A stretch of DNA of 64,000 nucleotides, taken from the NCBI GenBank assembly GCA_048940445.1, contig JBHLON010000016.1, forward strand, positions 4,322 to 68,321. The letters are read 5' to 3'. A program made the translations under genes and the position numbers. The stretch comes from Promethearchaeota archaeon. GTDB taxonomy: Archaea > Asgardarchaeota > Lokiarchaeia > Sigyniarchaeales > SOKP01. Within the stretch, counting starts at the first letter, position 1. Each line of letters begins with the position of its first letter. This document shows positions 9,215 through 18,701 of this stretch, in pieces. The notes below the pieces were generated by a model. The model had not been told where the DNA came from. It ran no database searches and saw nothing but the letters and a program-made list of their open reading frames with translations.

Positions 9215-9814
9215 TCAATTTTTAATTAAATTTCCTTGAAGAATAAGATCTTCAATATTCTCAATATTTGTTATTTTGAGATTAATTATATTTGGTTTTA
9301 AAAATAAAACTAACAATTCTAAATTTAATGTTTTCTTTAAAATCGAAAGATGAAGATTAGCCATATGTTTACTAACCATGATAATCTCCTTTATACCACT
9401 TATCATATTAGATAAATTTTGTAGTGAAGTAATAGAATATATTAAGTCAACTTTATTATTTCTAAGAGGCAAATTTTCCACGTCGGCTAAAATAAGATTT
9501 ATATTAACATTTTTAATCCAAGAACGATACTTCTTAACAAATAACTTCAACATATTTAGAGAAATATCAATCCCGATATAATTTAAAGCTTTTATATGAT
9601 AATTTTTCTTCTCTTTTAAGATAAATTCAAAAAGAAGGCCAGAACCACACCCAACGTCTAAAAAAACTTTTTTTTCTATTTGAAAACTATTAAATGTAAC
9701 TTTATATTTCTCTTCTTGAATTTTTTTATATCTTTTATCATAAAAGTCTGAGGTACTGTTATATTTTTCTATTATTTCCTTTTTCTTATTGGAATTTCCC
9801 ATATAATCATTCAA
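9215..9814 (-). CDS. Class I SAM-dependent methyltransferase
   Basis: Motif I 'FLDVGCGSGLL', and 'IGIDIS' (post-I acidic residue). About 200 aa. Confidence 0.75.
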   Translation of the reverse strand: MNDYMGNSNKKKEIIEKYNSTSDFYDKRYKKIQEEKYKVTFNSFQIEKKVFLDVGCGSGLLFEFILKEKKNYHIKALNYIGIDISLNMLKLFVKKYRSWIKNVNINLILADVENLPLRNNKVDLIYSITSLQNLSNMISGIKEIIMVSKHMANLHLSILKKTLNLELLVLFLKPNIINLKITNIENIEDLILQGNLIKN

Positions 9815-9921
9815 TTAAGTGTACCTATATAATGATTATCTATAAAAAGGTTTTAATTGAAAAAAGTTTTTCTTTAAATTATCTTTTCTAAAAATATATT
9901 AAACATTACAAAGGTAAAAAC

Positions 9922-10185
9922 ATGTCAAATAGAAATAATTCGATTCCTAAATCAAAAAATCCACTATCTATACTTATGGCATCGCAAAATAGTCAAGTCC
10001 TGTTAAGATTAAAAGATGGTACAGAATATAGAGGTTTATTAAAAGAAATAGATGCATATATGAACCTTATCTTAGAATCGGCCACCGAAATCATGGATGG
10101 CTCACCCGTAGCTAAATATAACGAGATCTTCATTCGTGGAAACAATCTACTTTTTATAAAACCAGATGCATCCCAATTATTATAG
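9922..10185 (+). CDS. Sm-like (LSm/SmAP) RNA-binding protein
   Basis: Sm1 'LRLKDGTEYRGLLKEIDAYMNLILE' and Sm2 'IFIRGNNLLFI'. Confidence 0.85.
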   Translation: MSNRNNSIPKSKNPLSILMASQNSQVLLRLKDGTEYRGLLKEIDAYMNLILESATEIMDGSPVAKYNEIFIRGNNLLFIKPDASQLL

Positions 10186-10239
10186 CGTTTCTTCCTTAGA
10201 ATTACATTCTGATTTTTCTGTTATTTAATTATTGCTTCA

Positions 10240-11127
10240 TTATTCAAATCTCATGGGAAATATATTCTTATTTCTTATTATTGCATATGATCCTGGATTA
10301 GGGGAAAAATAACCCCTATAATTTACTGAAGAAAAGATAGATAATAATCTCCTATTAAAAAACCATCGATAACCTTCGGGAAAACATTCATGGGCTCTAA
10401 TAATGAATTTTAGGTTGTTTTTTTCTATGAAATCATCAAAAGCTTTCTTTCCAAAAAATTTTATTCCAGGACCCCTATAACTATTAGAAAATTTAAGATT
10501 TTCTATATCTTTGGGGTCATTCCATAGTATTTGAAAAATCGCTGAAATAGTATCCTTTCTTTCTATGTCATTATATTTTTTATCTTTTAATTCTTGTAAA
10601 ATATTTATATCTTCGGGAATTCCACCATGCAAACAAAGAATACAATTATTTACCAATGCACATAAAGGCAATTCATTATATAATAATAAAACTTCATTAA
10701 ATTTAGATTTATCATTAAATCTTGAAATAAACTCTTGAAAAAAGCCGTAGTATTGATTCATTTCGAGGGTTTCATGGTTTCCTTTTAATATATAATACTT
10801 ATTAGGCTCGATTATTTTTAAAACTAAAACTAATATTAAGGTTTCAAGCTGATGAGTACCTCGATCTACAAGATCTCCTAAAAAAATGACCCATTTAGGA
10901 CTTTTTTTTTCTATCAGATTTAATAAACTTTTCAAACTTTGCAAATTCCCATGAATATCTCCTATTACAAAAATTTCTTCATCCTTATCATCTGTATTAA
11001 ATTCTAGCAGTAAACTTTCACATTCAAGCTTTTCTCTTGCTAATTGTAAAATTGTTGAAATATCTTCGAATTTTAAATCTGAAATACTATTTGGATTTTT
11101 GATGAGGTGTTTGAAGCTAGGTTTCAT
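10240..11127 (-). CDS. PPP-family serine/threonine protein phosphatase (PP1/PP2A-like metallophosphoesterase)
   Basis: 'GDIHGN', 'GDLVDRG', 'GNHE', 'LHGG' and 'RAHE' occur in canonical PPP order. Confidence 0.85.
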   Translation of the reverse strand: MKPSFKHLIKNPNSISDLKFEDISTILQLAREKLECESLLLEFNTDDKDEEIFVIGDIHGNLQSLKSLLNLIEKKSPKWVIFLGDLVDRGTHQLETLILVLVLKIIEPNKYYILKGNHETLEMNQYYGFFQEFISRFNDKSKFNEVLLLYNELPLCALVNNCILCLHGGIPEDINILQELKDKKYNDIERKDTISAIFQILWNDPKDIENLKFSNSYRGPGIKFFGKKAFDDFIEKNNLKFIIRAHECFPEGYRWFFNRRLLSIFSSVNYRGYFSPNPGSYAIIRNKNIFPMRFE

Positions 11128-11264
11128 ACTTTCTCACTCTAAATAATAATATTTGCGTATTTTTCTTATATAAATGCTTTAATGATTAAAATAAATGTGT
11201 ATAATTCTTTGGAATTTTTTTTAATTTAAGTATTTGATATTGAAACCAAACAAAATGATAATAC

Positions 11265-13292
11265 ATGGAAAAACAAGATTTAGAGAGCCTTTCACTTTCT
11301 ATAGATAAGAAAATTAAAAGATTTGAAAATGAAAAGGTCAAACAACACAAACAACGAAAAGATCAGGGAGCTATTTATACTCCGAAACAGATAGTAGACT
11401 TTATGATTATTGAGGTTTTTAAACTTTATTTTAGAGAATATTTTGGGGTACCTCGATTCAATTATTTTAATCAACTTATTTCTTTTATTCTAAAAAATCA
11501 AATAATTAAAAAGGGATTAATTGATAGGATTCCGAATTTAAAATTTTTAGATCCTGCATGTGGTACTGGAAGATTCTTAATCTCAATTGCTAAAAAGTTG
11601 GCAATAATATATAAAATTCTCTATCCAGATATGTTAGATTTTGATATAAAAAAAACCGTGATCGAAAGGCATCTTTTTGGCATTGACATTGAAAATTCTG
11701 CATTAAAGATAGCTAAATTAAGGTTAACTAAATGGCTGTTCTCAGAAGTTCAAGATATCGATGCATTAACCATACAAAAGGATAATATTGATCAGATTTC
11801 AAATAATTGTGGAATAAATTTCAACTTTTATAATTGTGATTTCCTTTTAGATTTTAATTTAACTAGTTTTGACTTTATTATTGGAAATCCTCCATATATT
11901 GAAAACAAGAAGATTTTGGATAAAAATTATAAAAAAACACTCAAAGATAGGTTTAATTCTGCTTATAGGTTATATGACCTTTCTATACTATTCATAGAAA
12001 AAGCATTAGAAATATTACGAAAGCATAATGGAATACTCTCATTTTTGACAACAAATAAATTCTTAGCAGCTGATTACGGAATAAAAATTCGACAGATTCT
12101 TATTGAAAAAACGGAAATTAGAGAGATCATAGATGTTTCTTCCTTACCAATCTTTTTTAATGTTGCCGCTTACCCAGTGATTATAACCTTAAAGAAAAAG
12201 GCTCCCATGAATAATTTAATAAAAATAAAAAAATTAAAAGATTTAAAATTAATTGAAAGAGAGCCTCCAATTACGCTTGATGAAATTTATCAAAATCAAG
12301 TTCATACTTTACCTGATAATGTAATTCCTATATCCAATAATCTAAATCTAGTTAAATTTTTATATAAAAATTATAAACAAATGGTAAATGAAATTCCTGA
12401 CCTTAAAATAGTATATAGGCCTTATGGGTTTATTAACTGGTCTAAAAATTTTAAGTACGTCTCTCAGAAATATTCATCTGATAAAGATTTATTACTAATT
12501 GGAACTGGAAACGTAGGAAAATTCCATATAAACTTCACTAAACCTATTCGAATTGCTCAACGCAAATTAAATATTTGTTATTTTAATCATAATGATACTT
12601 TTGAATCTAAATGGAAAGAGTTAAGTAGAGAAAAATTGATTTTCAGAGAAATTGCTAAAAATCTCACATTTTCCTATGATCCCGGTCTCTTTACGAATAT
12701 TACAGGATTATATTTTATTATAATTCCATCTTATAATACAAATCAAATATTTAGTTTACTACTAATTTTGAATTCAGAATTAATAAATCGGGTTTTTAAA
12801 ACTTTATTTGGGACATTACACATGGCGGGTGATTATATGCGAATAAATGGAAGCTTTATTAAACGATTGCCTATGTTAGAAATGATTCCGACATCTTTTT
12901 CAGGATTAGGAAAAACCATTCAATTCCTTTCACAGCTTAAGTCTGAATTCAAGGAAACTGATGCGATAAAGTCCTTAGAAAACATTGATATTTCATTTTT
13001 AGAAAAAATGATAAACTTTTACGACAAATTATCAAATGCTATCATAAATGGATTATATTTAAAAAAATCAAATTCTCTAGATTATAAAATATTATCTAAT
13101 TCTATAAAAAATCTACCGAAAATTCGCACAAGGTATTTTTCTCAATATTATCGTCTATCAAAACATACGATTTATTCAGAAAACGAAAGAGAGTCGACTT
13201 TTAATTCTATTCTTGATATATATAACGACTTAAAATATGACAAGCAAATTTTGAAACAGATTGAAAAATTTCAAAAATTAGTAATGCAATGA
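11265..13292 (+). CDS. N6-adenine DNA methyltransferase, gamma-class (Eco57I/TaqI-like), with a long C-terminal extension
   Basis: 'GAIYTPKQIVDFM' (motif X), 'LDPACGTGRFL' (motif I) and 'IIGNPPYI' (motif IV). No nuclease motif was recognised in it or in its neighbours. Confidence 0.8.
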   Translation: MEKQDLESLSLSIDKKIKRFENEKVKQHKQRKDQGAIYTPKQIVDFMIIEVFKLYFREYFGVPRFNYFNQLISFILKNQIIKKGLIDRIPNLKFLDPACGTGRFLISIAKKLAIIYKILYPDMLDFDIKKTVIERHLFGIDIENSALKIAKLRLTKWLFSEVQDIDALTIQKDNIDQISNNCGINFNFYNCDFLLDFNLTSFDFIIGNPPYIENKKILDKNYKKTLKDRFNSAYRLYDLSILFIEKALEILRKHNGILSFLTTNKFLAADYGIKIRQILIEKTEIREIIDVSSLPIFFNVAAYPVIITLKKKAPMNNLIKIKKLKDLKLIEREPPITLDEIYQNQVHTLPDNVIPISNNLNLVKFLYKNYKQMVNEIPDLKIVYRPYGFINWSKNFKYVSQKYSSDKDLLLIGTGNVGKFHINFTKPIRIAQRKLNICYFNHNDTFESKWKELSREKLIFREIAKNLTFSYDPGLFTNITGLYFIIIPSYNTNQIFSLLLILNSELINRVFKTLFGTLHMAGDYMRINGSFIKRLPMLEMIPTSFSGLGKTIQFLSQLKSEFKETDAIKSLENIDISFLEKMINFYDKLSNAIINGLYLKKSNSLDYKILSNSIKNLPKIRTRYFSQYYRLSKHTIYSENERESTFNSILDIYNDLKYDKQILKQIEKFQKLVMQ

Positions 13293-13407
13293 AATAGATT
13301 TTCCCTATTTAGATTTAAGCATCAACAAAAAATAAAAAAATCTAAATTCTATCGTATCAAATTTTTATTTATTAATTTATTAAAAATTAAAATTAAAAAA
13401 AAGATAA

Positions 13408-13740
13408 TTGGTGTTACCATTGGCTAAAAAAAAGAAAATTATTAAAGAATCTGAAGAAGATGATGTACCTAATGGAAAATTAGATGATGAAGGAGATCAA
13501 ATAATAGATTTATATGATGAAGAAGACAATTTAGATGAAGATTTAGAGTATGATTTAAGCCAAATTGAAGATGAAATGTTAGAAGATGAAACTGAAGATG
13601 AGGAATTTGGTTATGAGGTAAATGAAGTAGAGGCTATGCTAAGAAAAATTAACTGCGATCCATGTCCGGGAAGTTCAAGCAAACGCCGATGCAAAGTACG
13701 TGATGACTTCGGATGCCCTCCTGATAAAGCTAAAAAGTAA
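13408..13740 (+). CDS. Small, highly acidic protein with a C-terminal 4-Cys basic tail
   Basis: D/E-rich core ('EEDDVPNGKLDDEGDQIIDLYDEEDNLDEDLEYD...') followed by 'CDPCPGSSSKRRCKVRDDFGCPPDKAKK'. The start is non-ATG (TTG 13408 or GTG 13411). Confidence 0.5.
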   Translation: MVLPLAKKKKIIKESEEDDVPNGKLDDEGDQIIDLYDEEDNLDEDLEYDLSQIEDEMLEDETEDEEFGYEVNEVEAMLRKINCDPCPGSSSKRRCKVRDDFGCPPDKAKK

Positions 13741-13805
13741 TAAATCATCTTATTTCTGCAATTTTTTATTTTTTTACTATAAATGAATAATGTGATGAAT
13801 AATTT

Positions 13806-14813
13806 TTGATATCTAAAAACTTAAAACGTCTTTTCATAATTTATTTCGCAATTATTATAAGTGCTTTAATTTGGAATATAAATCGAAATATTTTTGGTAA
13901 TCCAATTTGGCCATGTATTATTCTATCAACAACCACATTTCTAATTATATACACTCCTTTTGAAATATATTTTAGCTTTAAAGACATTTGGCTTGATAGG
14001 TGGTCTAAGATTAAATTAAAAGAATTATCCTTAAAGAAGATAAGAATTAATATAAAGAAGGGGCAAAAAGAAAAAACTAAAGCAATTAGAGCAGTTATAG
14101 TTACTCCTAAAGATGAAAGCGCCATAAAGCCGAAAGATATAATTATTATTGTATGCCATGGTTTTTCTGATACTAAAGAAACACTCCAATTCTATTATTT
14201 ACCATTAGCACTCCAAGGCTTTACTATATTAGCATATGATTCTCGTGGAACAGGGGAGTCAAAAAAAGTTGGAAAAAGAAGCCAATTTTTGATGCGTATT
14301 GATGATTTTAAAGCAATAGCTAATTGGATTAAAAATAATGATGATTTTAAGAATAAAAAAATTTATTCTGCAGGTTTTAGTATCGGTGCTTTAACTATTT
14401 TATGTGGGGGTTTTCCAGATAAAAATATAGAAAAAATTGTGGCAGTTTCATCAATCTCTAATTATAAAAAAAACTTACCGCGCTTTAATCCAATCCTTTT
14501 AATTAGATATTTTTTCAAAGGTGTTAAACTCATTGTTAAAAATGATGAAAATGAACGGTTATCCCCCTATATCATTATAAATAATTTAAAAAAATCTTTA
14601 CCTGAAGAAGAGTGGAAAAAATTATCAGATAGGGTATTACTGATTCATTCTAGAAATGATAGAATAATTAAATTAAAGAATTTTGAGGAACTTAGTAAGA
14701 TTCTTAATCTAAGAGAAGAAAATAGATTGATTCTGAAAAGAGGCGGACATACAAATAAGAAAAATGAATTAATTTTAGTAAGTCTCACCTTAAAATTTTT
14801 TAGCTCTCCTTAA
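13806..14813 (+). CDS. Membrane-anchored alpha/beta hydrolase
   Basis: Two N-terminal hydrophobic helices. 'CHGFSD', nucleophile elbow 'GFSIGA', and late 'HSRNDRII'/'GGH'. TTG start in the track. Confidence 0.7.
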   Translation: MISKNLKRLFIIYFAIIISALIWNINRNIFGNPIWPCIILSTTTFLIIYTPFEIYFSFKDIWLDRWSKIKLKELSLKKIRINIKKGQKEKTKAIRAVIVTPKDESAIKPKDIIIIVCHGFSDTKETLQFYYLPLALQGFTILAYDSRGTGESKKVGKRSQFLMRIDDFKAIANWIKNNDDFKNKKIYSAGFSIGALTILCGGFPDKNIEKIVAVSSISNYKKNLPRFNPILLIRYFFKGVKLIVKNDENERLSPYIIINNLKKSLPEEEWKKLSDRVLLIHSRNDRIIKLKNFEELSKILNLREENRLILKRGGHTNKKNELILVSLTLKFFSSP

Positions 14814-14874
14814 AAACATTATGAGTTCTATTTAAATATATTATTACTAATTAAAGGATAAAAATTTTATCCAA

Positions 14875-15027
14875 ATGGTAATCTGTAATTTATGTAATAA
14901 GGAAATTATTGATACTGAATTGAAAAAGTCATTTCAAATTACATTGGGAAATAAAATGAATGGAAAATTCGATTGTGAAAAAAAATTTTTTTATCATTTA
15001 GATTGTTTAATGAATTTATCAACTTGA
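14875..15027 (+). CDS. Possible 50-aa Cys/His small protein (below the ORF-track size cutoff)
   Basis: My translation: MVICNLCNKEIIDTELKKSFQITLGNKMNGKFDCEKKFFYHLDCLMNLST*. The CxxC...C-x6-H-x2-C spacing suggests a zinc-binding knuckle. It lies in an otherwise empty 230-nt gap. Confidence 0.3.
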   Translation: MVICNLCNKEIIDTELKKSFQITLGNKMNGKFDCEKKFFYHLDCLMNLST

Positions 15028-15043
15028 GACAAAAATCTTCACA

Positions 15044-16492
15044 CTATTCTAAAATTTTACTCCAATTTGAATAATTAACAATTTTTTTGTAATTTTGGAC
15101 AATCGTTTTGAATAAAATACATCCCAAGCAGAACATATTTACGAAATCCTCAAATGAAAGATTTAGAATCTTACAACTAGCCTCTGAAAATCCAATTCCG
15201 CGTTCAACTTCTATTTGACCATCGTAACCAGAAAGATTGACTACAAACTCTTCTTTATTTAAGCCATTTATGAAGCAAGCCCGTGATATTCTAGCTAATC
15301 CACCTATAGGAATAATTCTATTATTATTTTGAGCTAAATATATTCGTATATCGAATGTATGTTTTTCTCCTTTCCACTCTATCAATGTATAATTAGCCTT
15401 CTCTTGTAGCGTGTAAGGAAACGGATTTCGATAATTTTTAAATTTATTAAAGAATTCCTTCTTACTTAGTTCTAATATATTTCTAATATCAGCACCATTA
15501 TCATTTATTGATATGTACATGACACCAGTTCCTCCTGATCCTCCTAATGGCTTAAGAATAAGAGGCTTCCTAAATTTCTTTATAAAAATTTCTACTTTTT
15601 TTTCAAGTTCTTTTTCAAAATATGCTTTAGTAAACAAAAGATATTTTAATCTATACTTTTCTAATCTAATTTTATTTAAATAACTTGAAAGATATGTTAA
15701 TGACTTATCGTCAGTGACCAAAAAGATTGGATTAACTATTAAAGTATGTAACTTTCTTATATCTTTCTTTAATATATTAATAAATTTTTCAGAACTTAAA
15801 CGTCTGGCAATTCCATCCCCTAACAATAGATTAACTTTTTCCCCATTAAATTCAACCCAATTATTGGAAAACGATATAGAATTAATTATTTGATTGTAAT
15901 CCGCAATTAAAAAGACAAATTCTGCATCATAATTGGAATCAAAATTATCAATATTGAATATTTTAACCTTATGTCCTTCAGCCTTTAATTTTCTTCTAAA
16001 ATAATCAATCATAATAACCTTCTCATGTATTAAACCATCATTTTCAGGAACCCCTACTAAAATTAATATCTTTTTATCTTCTCTTTCATTATTAAAGAAA
16101 ACTTGATGTATAGCTCCAAGATATCCATTATAAAGGATATTTTGTTGCTTTTTTGAAAGAATTGATACTCCTCGATGGGAACCGCCATTAGTTTCTAATA
16201 AAGAAAATTTATTCCCATCAAGCTCATGTGAAACCATAAAATCAACACTTCCAGCATAGAAATAATCTTGCTTTTCCAAATAATTATCCATGCTTTCTGA
16301 CATTCTATTTAAGGCTTCTTCTCTAACTTTATCTATAAAATTATCATCTTGAGAAGCTCTTAAGGCAGCAAAAGATATTAAGTCTAATCCTAATGACTTA
16401 CCTAATTCAATTAGTTCCAAATCTGATTCAGAAATGTTTTTTGACATCAAATTTAGGAATTTTGTGAGTAAATTCTCACTCAAAATTATCAC
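15044..16492 (-). CDS. ATP-grasp-fold ligase-like protein with a ~300-aa N-terminal region of unknown function
   Basis: 'LILKPLGGSGGTGV', 'FDIRIYL', 'GGLARIS' and 'VVNLSGYDG' follow the order of ATP-grasp (RimK/TTL-like) motifs. The N-terminal two thirds are unassigned. Confidence 0.55.
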   Translation of the reverse strand: MIILSENLLTKFLNLMSKNISESDLELIELGKSLGLDLISFAALRASQDDNFIDKVREEALNRMSESMDNYLEKQDYFYAGSVDFMVSHELDGNKFSLLETNGGSHRGVSILSKKQQNILYNGYLGAIHQVFFNNEREDKKILILVGVPENDGLIHEKVIMIDYFRRKLKAEGHKVKIFNIDNFDSNYDAEFVFLIADYNQIINSISFSNNWVEFNGEKVNLLLGDGIARRLSSEKFINILKKDIRKLHTLIVNPIFLVTDDKSLTYLSSYLNKIRLEKYRLKYLLFTKAYFEKELEKKVEIFIKKFRKPLILKPLGGSGGTGVMYISINDNGADIRNILELSKKEFFNKFKNYRNPFPYTLQEKANYTLIEWKGEKHTFDIRIYLAQNNNRIIPIGGLARISRACFINGLNKEEFVVNLSGYDGQIEVERGIGFSEASCKILNLSFEDFVNMFCLGCILFKTIVQNYKKIVNYSNWSKILE

Positions 16493-16544
16493 TCAAGAAA
16501 AAATTTTATATAATCAATAGATAAAAAAAATATTCCAAATATTA

Positions 16545-17750
16545 CTATAGATATAGGTAGCCTTGATGGTTTCCCTTCGTACTTAATCTTAAACTCCCAA
16601 GTAAGATCTTTTTAATTTGTGTTTGTTCTTTAAAGTTTAAATCTGAAAATAAAAGAATATAGTCTTTCTCTAAATTAATTACGAATAATAACCCGATTTT
16701 AATAAGATTTGAATCTTCAGTCAACATAGAAACGATTACGTAATGATATGGTAAATTGACTAAATCATTCACATTTATTTCTATTTCAATGATTTTATCA
16801 TTTTCTTTATCATAATCATTCTTAATAAACTTAATATTGTCCAGAGGAATAGAAATCTTTCTAAAATTCTCTAGAATCTTAGCAAATTGACTTTGCCTTA
16901 AAAAGCGTCTTTCATCTTTATCCTTTTCATAAAAATATTGATTTACTTCTTTTAAAAAAATTATCTTCAGATTTTTTAATTTCGAAGCATATTTTTCAAT
17001 TTCTTTTAATTCTTCAATATTATCATCATGGAAAACTATTAAGATATCAGGGTTTATAGTATCTATAAAGAAATTTTTATAAATAATACCAGCCTCTGTT
17101 TTAATCCAACCATCAGTATCAATAAGAATATATTTCGAATCCTTATGCCTTTTGATAAAATTTTCAATTAAGCTTTTACATGAATGAGCCACAACGAATT
17201 TAAAGTTGGATTTCGGAAAGGTACTACCGATGAAAACAGTTTCTTCAGAATTAATATCTGCGCTTGATATTATAAAATCTTCAATTTTACCGATGTTCAA
17301 AGTTGTGGGTAAATAAATAATCTGTTGTCCTAAATCAGAATCAAGGTAACCTCCGGAAAAACCCTCTTTAAGTATGTTATTAGCTAAATACTTTATTAGG
17401 GTAGTTTTACCACTACTTATACCTAATACCATTATTTTAAGAGCCTTCCTCGATTGGGTCTTCTTTATTTCATTAATAACCGTATCTTTAACTTTAACCC
17501 ATTCCTTGTTAATTGTATTTTCTTCGATAATATCGATATTTTTGTCATTAGCATTGTAAATTTCAAATTTAGAAGGTTCTAAGGTATAAATCGGATATTT
17601 AGAAGCACTAGGAACTATTAAAGCAGTTTCTTCACCAACTTTTGTTGGTGTAAAAATTTTCCCAAATACATCAATTTTTCCTTCAAGGAGATTAACTCTA
17701 GATGGACCTTTAATTAATAATGTATGATTTTTATCCACATCTTTAATCAT
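16545..17750 (-). CDS. Clp1/Grc3-like polynucleotide 5'-hydroxyl kinase
   Basis: N-terminal beta domain 'LLEGKIDVFGKIF', P-loop 'VLGISSGKTTL', and downstream 'YLDSDLGQQ' (the Clp1 'DxDxGQ' motif). Confidence 0.65.
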   Translation of the reverse strand: MIKDVDKNHTLLIKGPSRVNLLEGKIDVFGKIFTPTKVGEETALIVPSASKYPIYTLEPSKFEIYNANDKNIDIIEENTINKEWVKVKDTVINEIKKTQSRKALKIMVLGISSGKTTLIKYLANNILKEGFSGGYLDSDLGQQIIYLPTTLNIGKIEDFIISSADINSEETVFIGSTFPKSNFKFVVAHSCKSLIENFIKRHKDSKYILIDTDGWIKTEAGIIYKNFFIDTINPDILIVFHDDNIEELKEIEKYASKLKNLKIIFLKEVNQYFYEKDKDERRFLRQSQFAKILENFRKISIPLDNIKFIKNDYDKENDKIIEIEINVNDLVNLPYHYVIVSMLTEDSNLIKIGLLFVINLEKDYILLFSDLNFKEQTQIKKILLGSLRLSTKGNHQGYLYL

Positions 17751-17889
17751 AAAACACTCAATTCATCATATTTAAATTAAATAATTTGGGTGTCTGTTGA
17801 CAATTTTTAGTTCTTAATTTTAAGAATTATTTTTGTTTATAATCAACTATCTCCTTTAATCTTTAAAACTTTTTTAATTTAATCTAATT

Positions 17890-18648
17890 TTAGATTTGAT
17901 TAATAAAATTAATTATTTCAGAGACAATTATTTCATGATCGGGACTTTCGAGGATTGGATGGTCATTATTTTCTAACCAAACTTTTCTTTTTACTTGTGA
18001 ATCAATGTTTTCAAATATATATTCCATACTATTGTGTTTTATAACAGAATCTAAACGGCCTTGGAGTAGTAATGCAGGGCACTTGATTATAGGCAATATC
18101 ATTTTCATTTCTCGAATTAACTTATTCATTTTGGTCGCTTGGTTTATAGGAATTTTTTCGTAACCAATCCATTTTCCATTTGTTTCTTCTCTAAATTTTT
18201 TAGCTGGAATTGAATAATATTTTTTAAACAATCTAATAAATGGTACTAATTTACTCAAAAAAGATTTAACTCCTATTGGAGCACTTATTGTAAAAACTCC
18301 GTCCAAATCATAGGTACTAACCAAAATTAATGCTAAAACACCACCGAGAGAATGGCCTCCAGCGATTATTTTATTACAAGTTTTTTTAAGCAATAATAAT
18401 TCTTCATCAAGCGCATTTTTCCAATCTTCTATTTGTGTATACCTTAAATCTTTAGGTGACGTACCAAATCCGGGAAGTAAAGGAATTGAAATTGTACAAC
18501 CGATACGATCATGAACATCCTCTGCTATATATTTCAAATCTGCACATGTTCCCCCTCCTCCTCCAGGAATCATCAAGATTCCTAAGTTATTGCCGTGAAA
18601 GTAAAAAGGACCGGCTCCCCTTAGAGTATTTTGGGTAAATTTCTGCAT
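17890..18648 (-). CDS. Alpha/beta hydrolase (carboxylesterase-like)
   Basis: Nucleophile elbow 'GHSLGG', 'LLLQGRLDSV' and 'NNDHPI' (Asp/His region). 252 aa. Confidence 0.75.
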   Translation of the reverse strand: MQKFTQNTLRGAGPFYFHGNNLGILMIPGGGGGTCADLKYIAEDVHDRIGCTISIPLLPGFGTSPKDLRYTQIEDWKNALDEELLLLKKTCNKIIAGGHSLGGVLALILVSTYDLDGVFTISAPIGVKSFLSKLVPFIRLFKKYYSIPAKKFREETNGKWIGYEKIPINQATKMNKLIREMKMILPIIKCPALLLQGRLDSVIKHNSMEYIFENIDSQVKRKVWLENNDHPILESPDHEIIVSEIINFINQI

Positions 18649-18701
18649 TCTAGATTAAACCTATATCATTATTAATGATCATTTTTAATGATAGGATTGC
18701 A

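Noticed and set aside
13441-13620. GAA/GAT-rich repetitive stretch, considered as a microsatellite or tandem repeat.
   Set aside because: There is no exact repeating unit. It is the coding sequence of the D/E-rich tract of the 110-aa acidic ORF.
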